Source: Octopus bimaculoides
Lineage: Eukaryota
Direction: 5' to 3'
NCBI RefSeq assembly: GCF_001194135.2
Contig: NC_068984.1
Coordinates: forward strand, 83,629,526-83,693,525
Length of the DNA: 64,000 nucleotides
Shown in pieces: positions 13,148 through 25,740 of this stretch. Below the pieces are notes generated by a model. The model ran no database searches and was not told where the DNA came from. It worked only from the letters and a program-made list of their open reading frames with translations. Position 1 is the first letter of the stretch. Every line of letters starts with the position of its first letter. A program made the translations under genes and the position numbers.

Positions 13148-13735
13148 CGCGAGATTTTTTCCCACGAGAGTTCCGAACCCTAGTAATGAACTCATTTGCA
13201 TATAGCCAATCAGAGCTCACCTTGACCTTGTTGTCAAGTTAACAAACACGCTCTACCAAGTAAACTCAAGACGAAGAACGGTGTTGTAAGTCGACCGATC
13301 GCCAAGTTATGCCTGGTTTTAGAAGGAGACAAGTAATTAGATAGATTTGTATCTATACCTATAATCGGATTTTGTTAGGGCCTCATATGGTAAAGATGTG
13401 GATGGGAAAAATGTGGGTAGAAGGTGATGTGCTAGCAACTCTCTCCCCTTACTGCTTTAGAAAGTAAACAACACAAGTAACTACGCAGAGCAACCATGGT
13501 TGAGATAAGAACAAGAACAACAAGAATACTTAAAAGAGAAAATAAGCATGGTCATTCCTTATCTTATCGCCCATCACTCGTTGATAAGTGACCTTTTCTT
13601 GTCGATAAGTGACCTTACCTTATCGCCCATCACTAGTTATGCACTCATAAATTAGTTTGATGGTTGAGCTCTGATTGGTTGTATGCAAATGAGTTCATAA
13701 CTGGGGTCCGGAACTCTCGTGGGAAAAAATTCGCG
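13148..13735. mobile_element. 588-bp non-autonomous TIR element inserted into a family-B SINE head
   Basis: About 74-bp TIRs (cgcgagattttttcccacgag.../...ctcgtgggaaaaaattcgcg). Flanking 7-bp duplication tctgggg/tccgggg. The SINE sequence continues on both sides (13085-13147 and 13736-13850). Confidence 0.8.
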
Positions 13736-13869
13736 TCCGGGGCTGTAGTAGAAGACAATTGCCCAAGCTGCCATACAGTGGGACTGAACCCGAAACCATG
13801 TGACTGCGAATCAAACTTCTTAACGACACATCCATGCCGATAAAGAGTTTCAGCAAACATTTGTCATCG

Positions 13870-14790
13870 AGATAGCGTTACTTGCTGAGAACGTTTGAGC
13901 TAGGATTTAGATAGATTGCAGATTTGTTGCATTTCTAGAGTATAAGCTGTCTATAACGTTTTGTAAATGTAACATTTGTGCATAGTTTATATCTTTCAAG
14001 GATCGTCCGACTTGCTGCTGAATTTCGTCCTGCGTTCTTTCAAGGTCCAGATGTAACTGTATGAAAATGTATGATTGAAGTAGCTCTGTTGAAATTTACC
14101 TTCCACCATATTTGTATAGTGTTTTCGTACGGTGTTTAGATTTGGTTTAATGGAAGTGACTTCTGTTCCGCTGATAATAGCCTAAGTACTGCATTAAGAA
14201 GGCATACATTTTTATACATTTAGTGTCGGTTATTTTATGGGAATTAATTGGCATTAAGATTTTCATATTGGTGGTGCAGCTGTAACGCAGTCTTTTTCTA
14301 TTATGTATTTCATCCCAAAAGCTGTGGCCATGCTGGGGTTGAATGATTTTCTGTACTGGTGATTAATGCGGAAATATTTACTTTTTAATGCTAAGACATA
14401 TTCATTTCCGCTAGCGTTCACGTCTAAGAAAAAAGATGTGAATCAAATGATTCACGTCTACAACACAGTTGTGTTGCAGAAGGAGACATTGTGAAAATGT
14501 TATCATTCGATGACAGATCAGAGAATTTTCTAATTCAGCTTTTATGAAAAGTGTTAATGGATAACAGGATTGTATGTTAATATATATGCGAGATTTTCGT
14601 TAGATTTTCTTTGTTTTGTGTTAATCTGTCACATCTAAGAAATTTACAATATCTAATTTATTAGTAATAGTTATTATTAGGCTGAAATTATTGAAGGTAT
14701 TAATCAGATCTTTTTTCAGTATGTCTATGTTCGTTGATGCGCTGGAATATAGCCAACGAAGTATCTCTGTTAAGCATTTAACTATAGAGA
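13870..14790 (-). mobile_element. Highly degraded Penelope-like element (RT C-terminus plus GIY-YIG region)
   Basis: LKKDLINTFNNFSLIITITNKLDIVNFLDVT at about 14625-14720 matches the Penelope RT motif. KFQQSYFNH...IWTLKE at about 14000-14100 resembles the GIY-YIG C-terminal part. Confidence 0.55.
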
Positions 14791-15097
14791 TGAGTTTTCT
14801 TTTTGAGTGTATCAAGAATATAAAGGCAATAATATCCGTGAAACGATCGTAAGATGCGTTTTAGACTTTCATAATATTTTAATCGAATTATACTTATACT
14901 CAATTACGCATACATTTTTATATAAATTTATGTACGCATATATTTTTATATACATTTATATTTTGTATATCTTTAATTTTAATTTAATTATAATTCAAAA
15001 TGATTACTGTGTCATATAAAACATATCTTTCAAAAATTTGAATATTGATTTCCTGTGAATATTGTTAATAATTTTATTAATTTTATTAATAATATAA

Positions 15098-15195
<98 letters not shown>

Positions 15196-15984
15196 CAAGA
15201 ATATACACCATAAAATTACATATTTCTGCGCTGCCAAAAATCTCTGTGCTGATATCAACGTAGTTTTCTCCTAAACCCAAGCAGAATTTTTATCAAAAAT
15301 TAGTCTTTCACTAACTTGCATATTGATATTTATATCATTGTCACCCATATTGTGATATATCTTAGCGAATTCTATGCCACTTAACGGTAAAGATTTCCAG
15401 AATGAGGGATTAAATGCTATAATATAGAACTGGGTAAATTTTTATTGTTAATGTTAGCAAGTACGCTAATGACTGTATTAATGCTATTGCATTTATTGAA
15501 GATTTGTTACTTATTTAACTGAAAATTTACTGTTGCTAGAGATTTTGTGGCAAATTAACCTTATCTCTGTATTCATATGATTGATTACTCTGCATTTAGG
15601 ATTGGAGATAACATTCTCTATTCTCCGTCTGCCCTTTAATTGTGATATATGCCTTGTGTTTAGCTAATCAGTTCATGGGCTGTTTTTGTTTCAATATTTA
15701 TATAATTGCGTGCGCACGTGTCTTTTAATTGATTTGCGATGCAATATTCTTATTTAGGGAGTGGTTAAACATATTGTTTTCTACTTCATAAAGAGGCTTT
15801 TGTTTTACCTGAGAATATGAGTGTTTTGTATATATTTTCTTTTATTTCTTAATATTAGAGTTATGTTTGTTTTGGGTATGTTGGTGTACATGCGAAAATC
15901 GATATTGTATATCCAAAAGGTCAAATTGAAATTATTCTTGATCCTTGTTTCTTGCGTGTCTTTTTATACCATAATAATAGGTAG

Positions 15985-16291
15985 ATGTGGAGGCGCAATG
16001 GCCCAATGGTTAGGGCAGCGGACTCGTGGTCATAGGATCGCGGTTTCCATTCCCAGACCGGGCGTTGTGAGTGTTTATTGAGCGAAGACACCTAAAGCTC
16101 CACGAGGCTCCGGCAGGGGATGGTGGCGAACTCTGCTGTACTCTTCCACCACAACTTTCTCTAACTCTTACTTCCTGTTTCTGTTGTGCCTGTAATTCAA
16201 AGGGTCAGCCTTGTCACACTGTGTCACGCTGAATATCCCTGAGAACTACGTTAAGGGTACACGTGTCTGTGGAGTGCTCAGCCACTTGCAC
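15985..16291 (+). mobile_element. tRNA-derived SINE family C, running into a gap
   Basis: tRNA-like head ggaggcgcaatggcccaatggttagggcagcggactc...gcggtttccattcccagaccggg. A head of similar type occurs at 59070-59310. Confidence 0.7.
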
Positions 16292-16989
16292 NNNNNNNNN
16301 NNNNNNNNNNNNNNNNNNNNNNNNNNNNNNNNNNNNNNNNNNNNNNNNNNNNNNNNNNNNNNNNNNNNNNNNNNNNNNNNNNNNNNNNNNNNNNNNNNNN
16401 NNNNNNNNNNNNNNNNNNNNNNNNNNNNNNNNNNNNNNNNNNNNNNNNNNNNNNNNNNNNNNNNNNNNNNNNNNNNNNNNNNNNNNNNNNNNNNNNNNNN
16501 NNNNNNNNNNNNNNNNNNNNNNNNNNNNNNNNNNNNNNNNNNNNNNNNNNNNNNNNNNNNNNNNNNNNNNNNNNNNNNNNNNNNNNNNNNNNNNNNNNNN
16601 NNNNNNNNNNNNNNNNNNNNNNNNNNNNNNNNNNNNNNNNNNNNNNNNNNNNNNNNNNNNNNNNNNNNNNNNNNNNNNNNNNNNNNNNNNNNNNNNNNNN
16701 NNNNNNNNNNNNNNNNNNNNNNNNNNNNNNNNNNNNNNNNNNNNNNNNNNNNNNNNNNNNNNNNNNNNNNNNNNNNNNNNNNNNNNNNNNNNNNNNNNNN
16801 NNNNNNNNNNNNNNNNNNNNNNNNNNNNNNNNNNNNNNNNNNNNNNNNNNNNNNNNNNNNNNNNNNNNNNNNNNNNNNNNNNNNNNNNNNNNNNNNNNNN
16901 NNNNNNNNATATATATATATATATATAATCAGTAAGAAATTAACATCTTTCCAAAATTCTGATTTAATATAAGAAATGAACATCAAACG

Positions 16990-17930
16990 ATGTTGGGCAT
17001 TGATAAGCAAAATTCTTCTCACAAATCAGGTGTTATCTCCATAGTCCATACTTCTTTGATGGCATTTTCCCACTTCGATAGTGATGTTGGATTACGACCA
17101 GTTACTTTCTGTTTGAGAATAACCCCGCAATGCGTTGAAATCCGGGGAATTTCCTGACCATGGACCCAAGATCTCATACCCAGAATTGCTTGGGTATGGC
17201 ATCCCATCATGCTAGAAGTGCGTACACTGCTTGATCTCCATGAATGGTGGGACTTCCGTTTGCAGAATTTCAAGGTAATTAGTTCTCTTGATAGTTGCAC
17301 CTTCAGGCATAAACCACAGTCCGCATCTTCCACTAGCACAAATAACTCCCCACAACATAACTTTTGGAGTATTTTTAACACTTGGGATAATGTAGTGAGG
17401 ATTATCCCTTCGCTTAGGAGGTCGTCTCACATGTCTGCAAAATGCATAAAATTATGACACCTGAGTTTCATCCGAAAGCATAACTCGTTTCCATTGTTCG
17501 ACTGATCAATTTTTATACTTTTGGCAAAATACCAAACAATCAGCAATATTTTTCGAGATTAACCTTGGTTTCTTTGAAGGTTTGTAGGACTTAAAACCGG
17601 CATCAAATAGTCTTCTACAAATTGTCCTTTAGCTAGGAACCTTGTCTTCTTGCGGTAAACCAGCTTGAAAGACTTTCTAGTGACTTTTTGCAGCTGGAAT
17701 GGTAGCATCGTCCATTCGCTTGGTGGCGGGTTTTTGGTGACCTATAGGCTTGTCAAATTCATATTTTCCAGCAGATTATTGATCTTGAAACAGTTTCCTA
17801 TGCCAATTTCAATCTTTCAAAAGTTTGTCGAGTGCTGCGTCCTTCATACAGAATTTTTATTTGAGTATGACTTTTCGACGAAATTATTCGACCAGGCATT
17901 CTTTACAACGACAGGAAAACGATTAATAAG
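16990..17930 (-). mobile_element. Degraded Tc1-type transposase
   Basis: RRLFDAGFKSYKPSKKPRL...WKRVMLSDETQ, VKNTPKVMLWGVICASG, FQHDG and GNSPDFN motifs, with frameshifts. TIRs not identified. Confidence 0.85.
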
Positions 17931-18235
17931 AACGAGTTGTCATAAGATATTTTAGTGACAGCCTATCAGAGATTGGATCAGCCAGTCAGAGCACATCAAC
18001 CAATCAGGGCTCAGTCATCACGCAGCAATCACGTTAACACTCAGTGATAAGAAAGCAGATTTGAACGATCGACTAGTGATTTAAAATAGCATCATTGGGA
18101 TGAATTCCTGTTTATAAATCAGTGAGTCATCCATTCTGGCCATGACTCTGTGTGTGTGCGTCTGTGTGCGCGAGCGCGCGCGTGTGTGTGTGTGTGTGTG
18201 TGTATGTGTGTATTAAATAAAATGAGACAACAAAG

Positions 18236-18640
18236 CCAAGGCTGTGCGGAATTTTCAGGACATTTATAAAGTGAAAGTTAATCTTACAGCTGTTTCTGAG
18301 ATTTTCAGGATATTTATAAAGAGAAAGTTAGTCTTACAGCTGTTTGTGACATATTAGGGACATCCCCTCATCAGAGATGACGCGAGATGGTTAAATAGAG
18401 GGAAATAGCAGAGTTCGATATAAGGAGTAATTTTGGAAAAGGACGGAAATAGGAAGTATAAAGAGGAATAAGAGAATAAAAGTAAAAAATAAAAATATAT
18501 GTATATTTGAACTCTACTATTTCCCTCTGTTTAACCATCTCACATCGTCTCTGATGAAGGGGATATCCCTAATATCCCAGAAACAGCTGTAAGACTAACT
18601 TTCTCTTTATAAATGTCCTGAAAATACTGCACAGCCTTGG
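18236..18640. mobile_element. Fold-back element made of two inverted Penelope-type terminal repeats, each with a hammerhead core
   Basis: 18236-18420 is inverted against 18502-18640. The left arm has an extra 50-bp tandem copy. CTGATGA cores lie at 18368-18374 (-) and 18551-18557 (+). Confidence 0.75.
18547..18595 (+). ncRNA. Minimal type-I hammerhead ribozyme motif
   Basis: GUCU-CUGAUGA-AG-GGGAUA(UCCCUAA)UAUCCC-A-GAAA-CAGCUG-UA^AGAC. Stem I is 4 bp, stem II 6 bp, stem III the palindrome ACAGCUGU, and the triplet is GUA. Confidence 0.6.
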
Positions 18641-19644
18641 ATAACATCGGTGGTGTGGAGAGGGGAAGCTGGTATGCATGAGCGACAGCTGGTCTTCCAT
18701 AAAACAACTTTTCCTGGACTTGTGCCTCGGGGGGTAACTTTCTAGATGCAATCCCATGGTCATTCATGACCGAAGATGGTCTTTATATATATATATATAT
18801 ATATATATAAAACCATCTCATTGTTGTCAATTTCTTCGGCTAAAGGTGGTGCTCCAGCATGGCCGCAGACACATGACCGAAGCAAGTAAAACAATAAAAA
18901 ACTATGCCATGTTAATCCCGAGCAACGCCGGGTATCAACAACAGATGAAGACAGGTGGTGTTGAAAACAAATAGATGTATTAGTATAACGCTCGGGAATT
19001 GAGAAAGTTTTTAACTTTTCGAGCCTACGCTCTTCTACAGAAAGGAACACGGAAAGAAACAATGAGAGAAACAAGGAGAGAGAAAAATGTGTGTAGTGGT
19101 CAGCGATCTATCATGGCGAATGCCTATAATTGTATTTCATTTTCGATTATTTCACTGTCTTTTATGAAGTTTCAAGAAGTCTCTTCGTACTTTTGCAGCC
19201 TGGTCACTGGTATAGATACTCAGCTGAATTGTCATTAAGCAGGTCAAACGTATTGGGGAAACTGCCAAGATGAAACACCGATAGAGGTACTCTCTTTCCT
19301 CGCAGTAAGCAGTGATACTCTCTAGTTCCAGCAGCTAGTGACCTTCTCTCCCGCTAGCAGTCATTGGTATTCATTCTAGCAACAGTCACATTTTATCTCT
19401 CCTACACGCAGTCATTCATAATCTTTTTCTTGAACCATCATTGTTTATTTCTCTCCCTCCAACAGCCAATTGCACTCTCTCCCGCTCCGTCTCCCTCTCT
19501 CTCTCATTCTCGTAATCTTACTCCAGCGGTAAGCAGTATTCTCTCTCTCTACTTTTCTCTCTGTCAATCTATCTATCTCCAGCAGTTAGTAGTACACTCA
19601 CCCTCCAGCTGTATTTCCCTCAAGCTATCTCTCCCTACGGCTGT

Positions 19645-19851
19645 TTTTCCCTCCAGCTGCCTTTCCCTCCAGCTGCCTTTCCCTCCAGCTGCCTTTCCCT
19701 CCAGCTGCCTTTCCGTCCAGCTGCCTTTCCCTCCAGCTGCCTTTCCCTCCAGCTGCCTTTCCCTCCAGCTGCCTTTCCCTCCAGCTGCCTTTCCCTCCAG
19801 CTGCCTTTCCCTCCAGCTGCCTTTCCCTCCAGCTGCCTTTCCCTCCAGCTG
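19645..19851 (+). repeat. 16-bp minisatellite (CTCCAGCTGCCTTTCC), about 13 units
   Basis: Unit starts fall every 16 nt from 19651 to 19843. There is one internal variant at 19715, and the last unit is truncated. Confidence 0.95.
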
Positions 19852-19977
19852 TCAGTAAAGCTTCTCTCTCCAGCTTTCACTGGTATTCTCCTTCAACAAT
19901 CGATACTATTTGCTCATGTAACATTACATCTATTATATTTATGAACATGGAAGTGTGCGTGTACGTGTGTATGTTTG

Positions 19978-20008
<31 letters not shown>

Positions 20009-20516
20009 GAGAGAGAGAGAAGAGAAAGCGCACGCGTACGTGTGATTGTGAATATGTTTTAATGCGTGAGCATGTGTTTGAGTGTATGAGTGTATGAGAA
20101 AGTGCATGTATGTGATGCGTACGTGTAAGCTGTGGGTGAATATATATATGTGAGTGTATGTCAGTGAAAGTAATTATACTGTCAGTGTATGTATGTGTAT
20201 GATTGTAGATGAGCGTATGCCAGTGTGCACGTATGACTGGGCATCTTAACGTATATGCATGTGAATGGCATACGTGTGTATGTATGAATATTGTATGTAT
20301 GTGTGAGTGTGTATGTGCGTTTGTGTGTGCGCGTTTCTGCCTTTATTTATGTGTGTGTATACATGTGTCTGTGTGTGCAATTGTCCCTCGTTCCAATTGA
20401 TTCCATCTCAAACAGTTTAAATAACGCCACTTAACTTCCTGTCCTTGGTTATAAATTAATTTCCTGTTCCTCGTTCTGTTTTTTTTTATCAGAGGAATAA
20501 TAATAATAATAATAAT

Positions 20517-20598
<82 letters not shown>

Positions 20599-20815
20599 CA
20601 ACAACGACGACGATGACGATGATGATGATTTATCGACAACAGAATGTGGAGTTACACAAAGGGGTGTGTAAAAAAAAGAACAGCAAAATAAATTCGAACA
20701 ATGAATAATTCCCCAGAAGAGGGAGACTTCCTAGGGCTGCTCGTGGAAACTCCACAATAACCATACATACATGCATGCACATGCACACACACGCACGCTC
20801 CCACACACACACACG

Positions 20816-20847
<32 letters not shown>

Positions 20848-21181
20848 TCCGTTTTGAGTTATGGATCCTCAGAAGTATGCAGTACAAGCATAGTGAATAG
20901 TAGTTTCATGTTCTTCTTTGTAGCTGTTTTTGATTTTTTCTTTTCATAAATAGGTCCAATGGCCAGTTATTCCGGTGTTTCTACAGTGTATTGCCATTTA
21001 TTCGGACAATTCAGACAGGGTCCAGACTAAACTATCTGGAGAAGTGACTGCATGCCAAAGAAACTTTTGAATAACAGCAGTATCCCGTCTCTCTACTTTT
21101 CTCTCTGTCAATCTATTTATCTCCATCAGTTAATAGTACACTCTCCCTCCAGCTGTCTTTCCCTCAAGCTGTCTCTCCCTG

Positions 21182-21257
<76 letters not shown>

Positions 21258-21259
<2 letters not shown>

Positions 21260-21480
21260 TGCGAGATGAATGCTGAAAAGTTCCTGGATTTGGCTAAAAG
21301 AAAATAGAAGAGAATCAGTTAATCATGATTTTATTTAACATATTCCTTTCTCAGATTCACACACTTATTTCAGCGATTCTTCAGTTTTTCTAAGCCCGTG
21401 AAACAACTCGGAAGGTTAGGCCTCCAATCAGGTCTTTCTTGACACCGTTAAATCTAGGAACTTTCCGGCACTCTCACGTA
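21258..21480. mobile_element. About 220-bp mariner-derived MITE
   Basis: Terminal inverted match tgcgagatgaatgctgaaaagttcctggattt / aaatctaggaactttccggcactctcacgta. Confidence 0.65.
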
Positions 21481-21494
21481 TGTATATATGCATG

Positions 21495-21528
<34 letters not shown>

Positions 21529-22635
21529 TTTCATTAGTCCTAGAATGCATAAGGTCGGTATTGGGCTTAACTGGTTTCTACGGCGTATGTCTAAAACTGC
21601 AACACACCTCCGGTCTGTCGTAGGGTCATGTGTGTGTATGTGTGTGTGTTTGAGTGAGTGTGTGTGTGTGAGTGTGTGTGTGAGTGTGCGTGTGTGTGTC
21701 TGTGTAAGTGTGTTTGTACGTTCGTGCGTGTGCATGCGTATGTGTGTTTGTGTATGTGTGTGTGTATGTGCTTGTATATACGTTTGTATGTATATATGTG
21801 TCTGTATGTGCGTGTATGTCAATGTTGTTGGCAGTGATTACGAATTTCCGGCCAGCTAAGCCATCCTCCGACGATATCAACAACATCCTTGTATAGGAAT
21901 AACGTAAATATATATATATATAATATGGGGGTAAATATTTGTGTTAATCATTTGATATAGATCTACATTACTTATAGTTACACAGGTGTATTGATATTTG
22001 ATTTGCAGCCAGGTATTATGAAACTCTGAGTCACCCAAAATGTATCGTCTGCTTATCATATATGCTTCAACAATACAATACATGTTTATAATAAAGGATA
22101 TATTCTTTGAATGGTCACAGCTTGGACGCCTTTATACTTTTCTTTGTTTTCATCTATTTGTTAATCATTAATACAGGATAATCTTTATTCTAATACATGT
22201 TATATAATGTTAAATAGAGTTTCAAAATTTGTGAAAATCTTTTAAGCCAGTTTTTTTGCAACCCCATAGTGGTAAAAATATTTTATTTTTCACCAACATT
22301 AAACAAATAAAAGAATAAAAATATCAAATATTGATCTGTGTTTTATTGATCGGGGTTTTTATCTTTATTTTATTTCAGTTTTGATCAGTTTTATGGAACA
22401 ATGAAAAAATACGAAATGGTGCGGCAAAGTGAAAGTGTGCCAATTTTCAAGAAACTGTCAAAAAGTGCAAATCAATGATCTACTTCCTGGACAGACATCG
22501 TCATCAATGTAATTCAGAGGGTAACAACTCTGATCTTGATAAGTAGTCTGTTGGACCAGGACCAGCTACAGATGCAGAAGGTAATAGTCCTAGAGTGATG
22601 GGGGAAACAGTGGGACCACAACTGCCAACTGAAGC

Positions 22636-22694
<59 letters not shown>

Positions 22695-23010
22695 GATAAA
22701 TACAACCCTCTTAAGTATGAAATAGCCCGGCTATGGAAAATGAAGAAGGTGAAGATAGTGCCAATTATTGTTGGGTCCTTGGGAACAGTTTCAGAAGGCA
22801 TTAAGTGGAATATCAAAGAAATTGGAAGAGTACCCAGTAGAACTGTTACAAAAGGTTTTCCTCCTTGGCACGGCGGCCAGAATAATCAAGAAAGTACCAT
22901 AGAAGAACTGATAGCATGATACCGTTGGCTGCAGGTAGCAAGCCCACTACGCATGCAAGATTCCAGGAGTTCCAACAAAACCTGTGATAAAAAGAAATAA
23001 TAATAATAAT
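22695..23010 (+). mobile_element. 3' end of a second R4/Dong-type LINE
   Basis: DKYNPLKYEIARLWKMKKVKIVPIIVGSLGTVS...LLQKVFLLGTAARIIKKV, flanked by (AAT)n on both sides. Confidence 0.8.
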
Positions 23011-23719
23011 AATGATATTTGCCCTAAGCGTCGGGAAGGCATTCAGCAAGGAATGGAAACAAAACTGAGAGAAGAAACATTCATAATAATAATAAAGGGT
23101 CCACAACTTTAAAAAAAGCCCCCATCACATCGACGTTGAACTTATCAATAAGAATAAAATTGTTGCTTAATCATTTCTAAAAGCTTAGCTCTTGGAAATA
23201 TAAAGTGAAGTTCATAAGCATAAGGTTAGTCATGCATTTCCAAATTGTGCGTTTTACAGTAACGTTTTAAAATGCCGAGATATATAAATGATAACGATAC
23301 TGGTTGTGTGAAGTCGAAGAAGTAATCACTGTATTGTACATTTTATGTTTTGTTTATCGAGGACAATATCTCGTTTAATATAAATATATTATCTTATCAT
23401 CTGGAATAGAGTATTGGGAGAGGGTGAAGAATATTAATGAAGTGTACTTCAATTCATGAAAATTCTTATTTGCAGAAAGAAAACTATAATTTATAAAATG
23501 ATGTAATGCGTAATGCAGGAATGAGAGTTGTTTCAGCGTTAGAAGACAATTATATTGTTGGCTAGATCATGATATTGACTTGTTTTGTCGGAGAAGCTGG
23601 GGTCACTTTCCATAGTTCTTCAGGGCAAATTTGTGAGTGTTATATTGGAAGTTTTGGAGTTATTACTGAACTTCTAATCAAATAAAATAGGAGAATGAAA
23701 CAAAACCCAAGTACATCAT

Positions 23720-24330
23720 TTATGAGGGCTCTACCGCAAAAGTGGACATCCGTTTTTTATTGATTTACATAGAATGTTCCAATTGCAAATGTTGGTAGAA
23801 TAAACTTTTTTTGTTTGTTTTCATATTAAGTCTTCATAGCAAGCAAATGATTCCAAGCAGAAGTAATGTGCCATCATTGAGTTTTTGATGAAGGGGAGGT
23901 GCAGAGTATCCAGCATTCACAGAAGGCTACAGATTGCTTACGGAGATGAAACCAATGACAAGAACATTATGAACCGATAGATGAAAAGTTTAAAGAATAG
24001 GAAACCAGTATTGAAGACCAAGCGCGCAGTAGTTGGAAAAACTGATTCGCGCGAATTGATGAGTCACAATCCATGAGGTTACTGCTCAACTAGATTGTGG
24101 TCACACTTCATTGAAAAAGATGGTGGAAGACTTTGTGGTTATCGGAAGGTTTGTGCAAAATAGGTACCTTGGCAGCTGACAGCTGAATTGAGGGAGAGGA
24201 AGATAAAAGTTTGCTCTCATCTGCTGGAAGCATTTGAAGCCAACGAAGACACCTAATTTTCAATCTGGTGACAGGGTATGAAACGTAAATGTATCTTTAT
24301 GATCCGGAAAGGAAGAGTTTTGTCTACGGA
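23720..24330 (+). mobile_element. Degraded mariner transposase, N-terminal half
   Basis: AIIEFL...IHRRLQIAYGDE, GYRKVCAK*VPWQLT (WVP motif) and LVTGYET*MYLYDPE motifs. Confidence 0.75.
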
Positions 24331-25489
24331 GTGACGTCACACCTAAGCAACTACTTTAAAAAGTACCTTAGTATAGAGCTAAAGCTATTCCCACAAACAT
24401 GTGCAATTTGAACTACCCACGTCATTTAATTAAAAAGTTATATCCACTTTTGTATTACTATAGGTACAACCCTCATATCAATTTATACAGAAGTGACTTT
24501 GTTAAAATCTGTGGATTTTTACAAAAAAATATTTTAAAGATGTAAAACCTACAAAGTATTTTGTAATTGTGCGGTTGTTCTCACAAAATCAAATACTTAA
24601 AAAAGTGGTGATATCAGTGTTTCAATTAAATTTGCTCAATTGCGTTCATGAATTTTCCAGAACGATGGCTGAATAAATTACAGTGAAAGTCTTAAACTTC
24701 ATTTGAAGTTTGTGGGACAAGCCAATGATAATGACGCCAACGGGGTTGTAAAGTAGAGCAGTGTGCTGGTTATCGTAAAGAAGACGAATGGAGACTGCAT
24801 TTTCTCTAGTCATGAAAAACATATTCCGAATCAGGTTCTCTACAGAAAAGGCTCAATATTTTCAGTTCAAGTGACCAGGGTGGAGGATACTGAAAGAACA
24901 CCTTCCTGCCCACTATTGCATACAATATCAAAGAAAAGTTTGTCATTGACTATTGAGTGTGTTAGACCAATTGCACGGCATTTTAGACAATGATTTTAAA
25001 ATCTGATGTACAGAGTATCAAAATTAAATCGGATATCTTTGAAAGTGGACCAATGCCAACAGTTTGGATAAAGTTATTACTGTAATCCATGGAATCAACT
25101 ACAGGAAGATATCCTGAAACTGAGAGAGAAATTGTTATGCTTGAATAAGTATAACATCTTTCAATAAAAATTTGGTTTCAGATTTGGAGGTGATGCTTAA
25201 CTCAAAATGACGCCTAAAATTGCTTTTTAATGAATGTATTCTTCTTAATTGACTTTATTATCGATGGTCTTTCATATCCCTTCTCTGCAGTCAGGGACAT
25301 CTGCGGAGTTTTTGAAGGTTGCGGCACTTTTAGTGGTTAGATGAGAATGAGTTTTTTTTTGTTTGTTTTTTTTTTACAAAGAGTTAATCAGTTTTGGTGT
25401 GATGAAAGTGCTTCTTTTTAAAAGAATTTCTGATAGCAATTTCAAACTCGACGATGTTTTAGCGAAGAAAATTTATAATCAAATAGCCA

Positions 25490-25740
25490 AATTGAGATGG
25501 TACTACGTTTTACCAAATGTTCTCATCACGTTGTGAATTTTTCTGTCATTGCCAGCAATGGAAGTTTCTAGTGAGAAAAGTTTCATTGTCCTAAAACGAA
25601 ATTAACTCATATAATCGATCCACAATTGTGCCAGAATCTTTTAAACATGCCTACTGAAAAGGCAAAATTGCTTGATTTTTTTTTTTGAGTAATTGATGAA
25701 TTTGCCTAAGAATATCACGAAAAGCATTTTCTAATGTAAA
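25490..25740 (+). mobile_element. hAT transposase C-terminal dimerisation-domain remnant
   Basis: PNVLITL*IFLSLPAMEVSSEKSFIVLKR...STIVPE...VIDEFA resembles the hAT/ZMYM-type motif FPN...LTLPVT.AS.ERSFS.LK...RST...IDEF. Confidence 0.6.

Noticed and set aside
15985-16065. tRNA gene
   Set aside because: The tRNA-like head continues into a SINE body and lacks a proper acceptor stem and terminator.
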